From: Polyangiales bacterium
Lineage (GTDB): Bacteria > Myxococcota_A > Polyangia > Polyangiales > Polyangiaceae
Reading direction: 5' to 3'
Assembly (NCBI GenBank): GCA_038230375.1
Contig: JBBRNJ010000088.1
Span: 1 to 33,470, forward strand
Length of the DNA stretch: 33,470 bases
Shown here: positions 1 through 8,600 of the stretch, piece after piece
Numbering within the stretch: the stretch's first letter is position 1
How the letters are laid out: each line of letters begins with the position of its first letter
Position numbers and translations under genes: made by a program
The notes under the pieces: model-generated
Told to the model about the DNA's origin: nothing
The model's input: the letters and a program-made list of their open reading frames with translations, nothing else
Database searches by the model: none

Positions 1-31
1 CCTCTGCGAGTTGCCCGCGCGGGTACTTCGC

Positions 32-688
32 TCAATGCTTGCCCAGCGCGTCCAGCGCCGCAGTCGTGTCGTTCTTGCCCAGCGCGGTGCGTGCGATCTC
101 GATGAGCGCGCGTTCACCCGCGAGCTGCGCATCATGGCCGCCCTGCGGCACGTCGCTCGCGGCGGAAGTGGGCGGCGCGATGCTCTGCGCGGCGGTCGGT
201 CGCGTATTGAGCTTCGGAGCCGAGGACGGCGCGACCGCTGCGCTCTCCTCCGGTGCAGGGATCCGGGCGCCGGCGGGTGGAGTCGGCTGGATGCGATCGA
301 TGTAGACGATCTTGGTGCGAGGCGGCTCTGGCTGCACCGCCGCGTGGTCCACGGCCGCTCCGAGCGCGCTCCCGAGCGCAAACGTCGCCGCGGCGAGCGC
401 GATGGGCTTCGCGAGCAGCGCGCCGCCCACCGTGGCCTTCGTCGCGAGACCGGTGGTGGCTGCGCTGCCTGCGGCCTCACCGCCATGTGCGCTGCCATGA
501 CCACCGCCCTCGCCACCATCACCGCCCGCGCCGCCGCCACCGCCTCCCGGGCGGAGCGTGGCGATGCTCGCCTCGAGGCGCGAGAACAGGCGATCCTGCA
601 CGTTCGCGGCGGGCTGCGGGCGAGCCTTCTCTGCGTCGAGCAGGGACGCGAGATCATCGGGAAGCGGCGGCAGTTCGTGTTCGCTCAT
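32..688 (-). CDS. Putative membrane-anchored anti-sigma factor with Pro/Ala linker and C-terminal TPR-like helices; interrupted by an in-frame TGA at 32-34 and probably continuing beyond the window start
   Basis: ATGA overlap (685-688) with the ECF sigma stop codon. Short N-terminal domain, Gly-rich segment, TM helix (PIALAAATFALGSALGAAV) and Pro-rich linker. It then reads LAGERALIEIARTALGKNDTTAALDALGKH*AKYPRGQLAE, so the helical motif continues in frame past the stop. Confidence 0.7.
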   Translation of the reverse strand: MSEHELPPLPDDLASLLDAEKARPQPAANVQDRLFSRLEASIATLRPGGGGGGAGGDGGEGGGHGSAHGGEAAGSAATTGLATKATVGGALLAKPIALAAATFALGSALGAAVDHAAVQPEPPRTKIVYIDRIQPTPPAGARIPAPEESAAVAPSSAPKLNTRPTAAQSIAPPTSAASDVPQGGHDAQLAGERALIEIARTALGKNDTTAALDALGKH

Positions 689-1236
689 CGCGTGCCTCCC
701 TTCCGTGCGGTGATGCGCTTCACTGCGTCCGCGAACTCCTCACGGGCCAGGCGCAGCCGCGAATAGGCCGTATTGAGCGGGATCGCGAGCGCCTCGGCGA
801 CCTCGGGGATCTTCGCGCCGTCGATCTCGTGCATGACGAACACCGCGCGGCGATCGAGATCGATCTTGAGCAGCGCCTCGGCGACGAGCGCACGACGCTG
901 CTCGGCCTCGATCTGCTCGTCCGCTCTGGGCTTGTCGTCCGCGTGGTCCATGTCGTCTTCCGCGACCTCGCGGCGGTGCTGCGGCCGCGCGCGGTAGTCC
1001 GATGCTGTGCGATAGGCGAAGCCGAAGAGCCACGGTTTCATCGGGCGAGCGGGATCGTAGTCCGCGAAGCGTTTGTAGACCGAAAGAAAGACCTCGTGGG
1101 CGACGTCCTCGATGTCGGCCTCGCGCACGCCCAGGCGCCGAAGCGAGTTCCACACGTACCCACAGTGATCGCGATAGAGCTCGCGAAAGTTCGGCGCGCT
1201 CTCCTTGGATTGGGGGGCAGCGACGGGTTCCGTCAT
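685..1236 (-). CDS. ECF-family RNA polymerase sigma-70 factor (183 aa)
   Basis: Region 2: FRELYRDHCGYVWNSLRRLGV..DIEDVAHEVFL..KPWLFGFA. Region 4: RRAVFVMHEIDGAKIPEVAEALAIPLNTAYSRLRLAR. The ATG at 1236 overlaps the upstream TGA (ATGA); the longer ORF start at 1698 is spurious. Confidence 0.93.
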   Translation of the reverse strand: MTEPVAAPQSKESAPNFRELYRDHCGYVWNSLRRLGVREADIEDVAHEVFLSVYKRFADYDPARPMKPWLFGFAYRTASDYRARPQHRREVAEDDMDHADDKPRADEQIEAEQRRALVAEALLKIDLDRRAVFVMHEIDGAKIPEVAEALAIPLNTAYSRLRLAREEFADAVKRITARKGGTR

Positions 1237-2251
1237 GGAAAATGGAACATCACGCCCGCGCCTGCTGTGACGGCGACCGGCGGAGTGGACCACACCTCGG
1301 AGCCGGAGAGCTCGAGCCGCGTGTGTGTCAACGGGACCAGCCCATCGACCCGGACGCGGAGCGCCATGCTCGAAATGAGCGGAAATTCCAGGCCCAAACG
1401 CGCGCCGGCGTTCGCGTAGAGAGAGCCGTCGGATCGCGGAGAGCTCACGCCTTCGCCCTGCCCAGAGAGCTGACCCACGCCCACGATCGCGCACCCCATC
1501 GCCACGCCGGCATGGAAACACGGAGCCAGCGAGATGACGAGCAACGAAGCGCTCACGTCCCCTTCGGCGCGCTGGCACTCGAAGCAAACGTACCGAGCAC
1601 CTCCACATCAAGCGATGCAGGGCCGTACCCAACGCCAAGCGCGCCCGTCCCAAGAAACACCGGCCCAGGAACCAACGCCACACCACCCCCAACGTCAACG
1701 CCAGCGCGAAGCGAGAGCCGGTGCGATGCCGCCGGCGGCGCCACAGCGGGGCCCTCGGTTGGTGTCGAAGTCGAAGTCGAAGTCGGCGTCGAAGTCGAGG
1801 TCGAAGTCGGTGTCGAAGTCGAAGTCGAAGTCGGTGTCGAAGTCGAGGTCGGTGTCGGTGTCGGTGTCGGCCTCGTGATGCTGTGCGGATCGATCGCGAT
1901 GCTGATCGCCAGCGTCATTGCTGACGCGAGCTCCGCGCAGTCGCCCTTGTCACTGGTGAGCGTTCGCGATCCCGTCACGACCAGCGCCTGATCGCGCATG
2001 TCGACCTGACCACGCAGGCCGGTTGGCGTGCGCGTGATCTGCGCGGTCACGATCTCCTTCGCCTCCGGATCGAACGGGTCGTAGCCCAGTCGCGCGGTGA
2101 CCGCGTTCTTCATGGCCTCTTCGTCCGGACACGCCGTGAGATCACCACGCGTGTAGACGAGGCGCGCTGTTCTCTTCTCCGGCGGCTGGGCGTGGGCGCC
2201 CGTGCCCAGGAAGGCGAGCGCCGCCGCGAAAGGGAGCCACGTCGTGCGCAT
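1233..2251 (-). pseudogene. Secreted, putative outer-membrane beta-barrel protein split by a 1-nt frameshift (ORFs 1553-2251 and 1233-1556; ~339 aa if repaired)
   Basis: Signal peptide (..GTGAHA|Q), a two-Cys N-domain, a Thr/Ser/Pro linker and alternating amphipathic strands ending VMFHFP. Adding one G to the G4 run (plus-strand C 1559-1562) joins the halves as ..SAPKGDVSASLLVISLAPCFH.. Confidence 0.7.
1764..1871. repeat. Tandem hexamer repeat, 18 x GTCG(AA/AG/GT/GC), encoding a PT/ST linker on the minus strand
   Basis: Read directly from the sequence; a partial 24-nt higher-order period (3x GTCGAR + GTCGGY) is visible. Confidence 0.95.
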
Positions 2252-2304
2252 CGACCGCGGGTATGCCCTGGCCAGCGGAGACTGTCAACGCGTCCAGGCG
2301 GACA

Positions 2305-3141
2305 CTAGCCGCAGACGAGCGGGCTCAGCGCCTCGGCCACGGCGCGCGCGCTCGGCCGGGAGCTCACGTCTCTCTGCAGGAGCGAATCGACGAACGCCTC
2401 GAGGGCGGGGGGAGCGTCGGGCCGCAGCGTGGTCATGCTCCGGGGCACGCCCTCGAGGACATGCTTGAAGAGCTCCGCGAGGTTCTCCCCGAAGAACGGG
2501 AGCTGACCAGTGGTCAGCTCGAAGAGCGTCACACCAAGCCCCCACACGTCGGCCGGTGGCCCAGTGTTGGGATCGTTTCGAAGCTGCTCTGGCGCCAGGT
2601 AGAGCGGTGACTCGTACGGCATGCGCTTGCTGCCCGCGCCGTCGCGCTCTGCTTGCAAGATGCCCATGCCGCGCACCCTGACCAGTGGGGCGCCGAACGG
2701 CGTGCGGCCCACCACCAGGTTCCTGGGACTCACCGCCAGGTGCAGCACGCCCCGCGCATGCATCGCGGCCAGCCCCAGCGCGGCCTGTGCGACCACGTCC
2801 ACGGCGTCACGGGCCGTCAATGGAAGACCGTCCGTCACGATCTCATCGGCAGGTCGACCGACAACGTCTTCCCACACGATGAACGGCAAGCCGTGGTCGC
2901 TGCCAACATGGAGTGGACGCACGATGTGATTGCTCGCGACCTCCATCGATAGCTCCACGGAGCGCCGGAAGGCGGCGACGCCATCCGGGCCCGCGATGCT
3001 GTCGGAAGGGAACAGCTCGATGCACACGGTGTGTCCCGTATTGGCGTCGGTGGCGAGGTATCGCTCGCGTCGTCCTTCCGCGACAAGGTGGGTGATCGCA
3101 TATCGCTCCGCGATCATCTGCCCGGATTGCCGCTGGCCCAT
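2305..3141 (-). CDS. Stand-alone Hanks-type Ser/Thr protein kinase-fold protein, predicted catalytically dead (pseudokinase)
   Basis: The C-lobe motifs are intact (SPLYLAPEQL, ADVWGLGVTLFELTTGQLPF, RPSA). The catalytic motifs are degenerate: VAIK->VCIE, HRDLKPxN->HLAVSPRN, DFG->GMG, and the Gly loop is degraded. Start chosen at ATG 3141 (MGQRQSGQMIAERY). Confidence 0.88.
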   Translation of the reverse strand: MGQRQSGQMIAERYAITHLVAEGRRERYLATDANTGHTVCIELFPSDSIAGPDGVAAFRRSVELSMEVASNHIVRPLHVGSDHGLPFIVWEDVVGRPADEIVTDGLPLTARDAVDVVAQAALGLAAMHARGVLHLAVSPRNLVVGRTPFGAPLVRVRGMGILQAERDGAGSKRMPYESPLYLAPEQLRNDPNTGPPADVWGLGVTLFELTTGQLPFFGENLAELFKHVLEGVPRSMTTLRPDAPPALEAFVDSLLQRDVSSRPSARAVAEALSPLVCG

Positions 3142-3205
3142 GCCTCGAACGTAGCGTGGAAGTTTTCGTGACGGAACTCCCGGCTCGCCCCCAATCGTGG
3201 GTGTC

Positions 3206-4336
3206 ATGCAGATCCGACGCCCCATCCCGCACGTATTCCTGGCCCTCTCTCTCGCACTGGTTGCGTGCGGTGGCACCTCTGGCGCAGCCATCCTCGGCGG
3301 CGAAGCGCTCCCCGACTCCGGTATGCCTGGCGCATCAGGTGGTGGCGGTGGTGGTGGGGGCGTGCCTCACGATGGCGGAACGAACAACGCGAACGACGCG
3401 AGCACGGGCAAACCCGATGCCGGGACGAGCAACGGCAACGACGCAGGCAACAGCGAGGGCACTGACGCGGGCAGCGGCTGCGTCGCGCCGTGTCCCGGCG
3501 TGATCCTCGCGACCGGTCAGCAAGATCCCGAGGACCTCGCTGTGGACGGGACCAACGTCTACTGGGCGAGCAAGACGTCGGGCACCGTCGGCTCGGTCCT
3601 CAAGGCCGGCGGCGGGATCGTGACCACGCTCGCGAGCGGACAGGACACGCCGCGCGGCATCGTGATCGACGACACATACGTGTACTATGCAAATTATTCC
3701 AACGTGGGCTCCGTGCGGCGCGTTCCGAAGGCCGGCGGCGCCGCGCCCACAGTGCTGGCTGCGAACCAGTACTACCCGTACCGCATGGCGGTGAACGCCA
3801 CGACGCTGTTCTTCACGAACGACTCGACGGGCGGCAATGTGTCCGCCGTTCCCTTGAGCGGCGGGTCCGTGACGGTGATCGCGGCGTCGCAGAGCAGCCC
3901 GCGCGGAATAGCCATCGACGCGACGAATGTCTACTGGAGCACCTACCAGCAAGTGGAGAGCATGCTCACGGGAGGCGGTGGCCTGCTGAAGGTCTCGATG
4001 GCGGAGCAGTTCCCGTTCGCGCTCACCTCCGACGCGAGCACGCTGTACTGGTACGACGAGTACGCGGACCAGGTGCGCAGCGCGCCCAAGACGGGCGGCG
4101 CCGTGTCCACGCTCACCAGCATGCCCACGAGCCACGATCATGGCGGTCGCGCGATCGCGGTCGATGCGTCGTTCGTGTACTTCAACGATCGCGTCGGCAA
4201 CACCGTGCAGAAGGTGTCGAAGGGTGGCGGCGGGCCCGTGGTGGTCGCCACGGCAAGCGGGCCCACGGGGATCGCGCTCGACCAGAGCTACGTGTACTTC
4301 ACGGGTGACGGCACCATCCGCAGGGCACCCAAGTGA
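3206..4336 (+). CDS. Lipoprotein with a beta-propeller-like repeat domain (repeated IAVDxTxVYW..V..VPKxGG units)
   Basis: Lipobox LVAC, a Gly/DAG linker and six to seven ~40-aa repeats (e.g. DLAVDGTNVYW, GIAIDATNVYW, GIALDQSYVYF). Confidence 0.85.
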   Translation: MQIRRPIPHVFLALSLALVACGGTSGAAILGGEALPDSGMPGASGGGGGGGGVPHDGGTNNANDASTGKPDAGTSNGNDAGNSEGTDAGSGCVAPCPGVILATGQQDPEDLAVDGTNVYWASKTSGTVGSVLKAGGGIVTTLASGQDTPRGIVIDDTYVYYANYSNVGSVRRVPKAGGAAPTVLAANQYYPYRMAVNATTLFFTNDSTGGNVSAVPLSGGSVTVIAASQSSPRGIAIDATNVYWSTYQQVESMLTGGGGLLKVSMAEQFPFALTSDASTLYWYDEYADQVRSAPKTGGAVSTLTSMPTSHDHGGRAIAVDASFVYFNDRVGNTVQKVSKGGGGPVVVATASGPTGIALDQSYVYFTGDGTIRRAPK

Positions 4337-4385
4337 GAGGCGTCCGGCGTGCGCGAGCATGGTGCGCGTGCTAGGAGCAGGGCCG

Positions 4386-5645
4386 ATGCGTGGTCGCCTG
4401 GTTTTTCCGCTGGTTTCGCTGTCGTTCGCTGCGGCGCTGGTCGCATGCTCGGCCACGCAGAATCTGGGCGGCGACAGCGCGAGCGACGGCGGCGGCGTGG
4501 GTGACGGTGGTGGCTCCTTGGCAGAGGGCGGCGCGAACGGCGACGGCGGCGGGCAGGGCGGGGGAGAGGGCGGCGGTGGCGGAATCGAAGGCGGCGCTGA
4601 CGGGGGCGGGGCGACTCGCCCGGGGCCGAAGCTCGTCGCGGGCGGTCAGGGCTACACCTGCGCGATCACGAGCGCCGGCGCAGTGAAATGCTGGGGCACC
4701 GATTTCTACGGCGAGCTCGGCGATGGACAGACGCTCAACAATCCAGTCGCCACGCCCACCGCGGCGAAGGTGCTCACGTCGGGCGTCGTTGCGTTGAGCG
4801 GTCGCTTCCGCGACACGTGCGCGCTGACGTCGGGCGGCGCCGTCTACTGCTGGGGACAGAGCTCCGAGGGCGCGACGGGTACTGGAAGCGACACCTCCAC
4901 GCCGTCGCTCGTCACCGGCCTTGGCTCCGGTGTCGTGGAGATCGCCGCGGGACAGGACCACACGTGCGCGCGCATGCAGGGCGGCTCGGTGAAGTGCTGG
5001 GGCGGCAACTTGAATCATGAGCTGGGCAACGACAACATCGCCGCGCAGACCACGGTTCCCACGGACACACAGGTGACATCAGGCGCGCTTGCACTCGTCG
5101 CTGGCGCGGAGCACACCTGCGTGCTGCTCGCGGGCGGGGTCTCGTGCTGGGGTCACGACAACATGGACCAGCTGGGCTCTGCTGCAACGGCGAACACCGC
5201 AACGCCCGTGGCGATCCCGGGCACGGCGGGCGCTGTGGACATCAGCGCCTCCGACTTCACGACGTGCGTGCTCGACGCGACGGGCGCGGTGAAATGCTGG
5301 GGCGCGCCGCTGGGCCCGTTCACCGCCACCACATGGACGCCGATGAACCTCGCGTCGCTCATGCCCGGCGGCTACACGCACATGTGCGGCATCACGAAGG
5401 CGGGCGCGCTTCTCTGCTGGGGCTCCAACCAAGATGGTGAGTTCGGCGATGGCACCCACAGCGGCACGGGCCCCATCGGGCCCACAGGCTATTCGTTCGT
5501 CTCAGCGGTCGCGGGGCAGGAGCACACGTGCGGCCTCACCACGACCGGCAGCATGATCTGCTTCGGCCTGAACGACATGTACCAGCTAGGAAGCATGCGC
5601 GGCACGCCCGCGTCATACACCCCAGCAGCCGTCGTAGGGTTCTAG
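4386..5645 (+). CDS. RCC1/BLIP-II repeat lipoprotein
   Basis: Lipobox LVAC, a DGG/EGG linker and about seven repeats of the type AAGxxHTCA...G.VKCWGxNxxGELG. Confidence 0.9.
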   Translation: MRGRLVFPLVSLSFAAALVACSATQNLGGDSASDGGGVGDGGGSLAEGGANGDGGGQGGGEGGGGGIEGGADGGGATRPGPKLVAGGQGYTCAITSAGAVKCWGTDFYGELGDGQTLNNPVATPTAAKVLTSGVVALSGRFRDTCALTSGGAVYCWGQSSEGATGTGSDTSTPSLVTGLGSGVVEIAAGQDHTCARMQGGSVKCWGGNLNHELGNDNIAAQTTVPTDTQVTSGALALVAGAEHTCVLLAGGVSCWGHDNMDQLGSAATANTATPVAIPGTAGAVDISASDFTTCVLDATGAVKCWGAPLGPFTATTWTPMNLASLMPGGYTHMCGITKAGALLCWGSNQDGEFGDGTHSGTGPIGPTGYSFVSAVAGQEHTCGLTTTGSMICFGLNDMYQLGSMRGTPASYTPAAVVGF

Positions 5646-5646
5646 A

Positions 5647-8600
5647 CTATTCGACAATGACCTTGTCTCCGGCTCCTCGGCCGAAGACTTCGGGGCTGTA
5701 CATCTCTTCCGCCTTGGGGGGCGGGACGATGAAGGTGCCCGGGGTGGTAGCGCGTGCAGTGTACACGTATTCGTGGACGCCTTCCCACACGAGCGACGAG
5801 AACGCCTCCACGCGCTCGTCGCGCATGTTCTGGTGCTCGTACCAGGTGGAGTGCCAGTACCAGTAGGGGTCTGCGTTCTTCTGCGCGTTCGGATCCTGGG
5901 GAATGGTCCCCGTCACCGCGAGCGCCGGGTTCATGGGCTCGATGCCTGCCGGGATCGGGTCCACCAGCGCGACGTGATAGCGACGAGCGGGCGCGACCAT
6001 CGTCACGCGCGCGCGCACCTTCTTGCCGGCCTTGAAGTGCCACACGCCGTCGGCGTCTTTCTTCACGTCGCCGTCGTCCTCCACGTACTCGTACGTGCGG
6101 TTGACGGTGAAGCCCTGGTCCATGGGCGGCGGCCGTAGATCGTCCGGCGCGTATTGCATGCCGAGCCGGAAATACAGGCGTCCCGCGCCTTCCTTGGAGA
6201 CGGTGAGGTTGCCCTCTTTCAGGTCTGCGAGGAACTGCATCGGCACGTCGATCTGGCTGTAGTCCGTGGAGCGACCCTTGAAGGTGTGGTCGCCCGCGTA
6301 CTTCTCCCCGAGCCACACGCGCGCGACGAAGTCAGGCGTGACCGATTCGTACTTGTTGAAGTACTTGTCGAGCGCAAGGAGGACGAACGCGTTCTCCTGT
6401 GTGCTGCCCCAGCGCCCAGCCTTGCGGTGGTTCAAGAGGCCCTTCACGAGCTTCGGGATCAGATCGCTCTCGGGCTGGTCTACGATCATCGCCTCGAGCA
6501 GGACGCCGTCCGCGCGTCGGTCGGAGTGGAGCAGGAGATATGCGCCGTCACCGTACGACGTGACGAAGTGCGCAGCCCCAGCGGTCTCGGTCACGCGGTT
6601 CGCGACCGCCATGCGGATCTTGGCGTTGTCCTGCACGCTGTTCTTGTCCTCGCTGATCGTCGGCCAGATCCAGCCGAGGGCCTCGAGGTTCATCTTGTCG
6701 GCGCCGCCGTACTCCGCGATGAGGCGCTTCGCACGTGCGGGGTCCGCGTCCTTCCAGAGCCGGCGCACGTAGAGCGCGTACGCGATGATCGCGCGTCGCG
6801 CCTCGATGCTGTACCAGCCCGGGATGTGGTTCTCCACGCTGCGCAGGTAGCTGAGCGAGCGCTGCTTCACGGTCTCGTCGACCTTGTAGCCCTTGGCCGC
6901 GGAGCGAGCGAGCGCGTGCGAGACGTGGATGGATAGGTACGGCCACTCCTCGCCCCACCAGAAGGCCCATCCGCCGTCCCACTTCTGGCGGGTCTTCAGC
7001 TTGTCCATGTCGGTGAGCATGCTGGCTTCCATGGCGGCGGGAGAGGGCATCTCCTTCGACTTGAAGGCCGTGAGCACGTCCCGCAGCGACGCGATGGCAA
7101 GCATGCGCGAGCTGATCTGCTCGTTGCATTCGAACGGGTAGTGCACAAGGTAGAGCACCGCGTCCGTCAGGCCCTGCATGGCCGTGGACGACGTCGTGAT
7201 CTCCAGCCCGCCGAACTGCGTCACCACGTGCGACGGCATCTTCACCGGCTGCGCGATGGCACCGTTGTCGATCACACCGTAGGTCGCGAAGGCCTCGGTC
7301 GTGGCTGGAGTCCACACTGGGAGCTCGATGTTGCTGGCGTCCGCGAAATTCCCGGCCCCGGCGCCGATCTGGAAGCGCGCCTTGCCTGGCTTGTCCGCAG
7401 ACGCGAGGAAGCGAACCTCCACGCGATCGTTCGCGGCAATGTCCACGCGCTTGCCCGGCGTATCCGTGATCATTGCGTTGAGCGAGCGCGCTGCCACCGC
7501 CACGCTCATCGGCTTGTCAGTCTGATTCTGCAAAACCACCGGCAGCTCGAACCTGTCACCAAAGTTCAGGAACCGCGGCGCCGACGGACGCACCATGAGC
7601 GGCAGTCGCGCCGTGATGGTGGACTCCTGCGAGCCGAACTCACGTTCGTGGGCAACCGCGATCGCCATGACGCGATAGCGTGTCAGGTTGTCCGGCAGCT
7701 TCACCGGCACCTCCACGTGACCGCGCGCGTCCGTCATCTTCGACGGCTCGAACACCGCGAGCGCAGAGAAGTCGGTGCGCACCGCGATCGCCGTGTTTGC
7801 CATCGGCTCGGTCGGGGGCCGGCCGCTCGGGCTGTTACTGTCGTCGTCCTTACCGCCGCTCGGCTTGAACGCGCGCTTCGCCATCGCGGTGGTGGTGGCA
7901 GCCGGAGGAGCCTGTGCAGGCTGCGCCATCGGAGTTGCGGACGCACCGCTGAGCCGTCCATGGCCGTTGCCGAAGCCACCGCTGATGTCGCCACGACCGC
8001 CGCCACCCTGGCCCATGCCGCTGAGCCCAAGGCCGCCCATGCCGGGGGCGTTCTCCTTCTGATTCATGGCGCCCTTGCGCTCCTGGGCCTGGTTCATTCC
8101 CTGCTGCATCTTGGTGGCGCTGGGCTTTGCCAGGATCACGTACTGGCGTGAGCCCCCCTCAGCAACACCTGAGGAGCGACTTGGATAGAACGCCGACACT
8201 GGGTTCGGGAGCGTGTAGCCGGAGAGCGCGAGGATCGCCTCGTCCACGACGACGATCGCGACCTCTGCGCCGGGCACCGCCGCGCCCTTTGCATCCTTCA
8301 CGTCGATGTCGACGGTGGTGCGGCCCGCGGGCTCCACCGCCTTGTCACGCGGCGTGACGGAGATCTTGAGCGTGCGCGTGCCGGGCGGGATCGAGAGCGA
8401 GGTGTTCCCGCGAGCAAACGCGGGGCGCTTTGGCAGGCTCGGGTTCGGAGTGCCGGAGTCGTCCTCGCGAACGGCGGCGCCAGTGAGCAGCACGTGCGCG
8501 TGGATGTTCGGAATCTGTCCGTCCTCGATCTTCACCTTCAGCGTCTGCATGCGCGACGTCATGGTGAAGCGCTCCGTGGAGACGATCCCCTGGCGCGCGA

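Noticed and set aside
6..34. Selenocysteine insertion at the TGA, with the downstream hairpin acting as a SECIS
   Set aside because: The position is in a helical TPR-like segment with no redox-Cys context. The apical loop is only ~11 nt from the UGA, closer than in typical bacterial SECIS elements, and hairpins are frequent at this GC content.
1764..1871. CRISPR array or DGR-like repeat
   Set aside because: It is a pure 6-nt tandem repeat with no unique spacers, and there is no cas or reverse transcriptase gene in the window.
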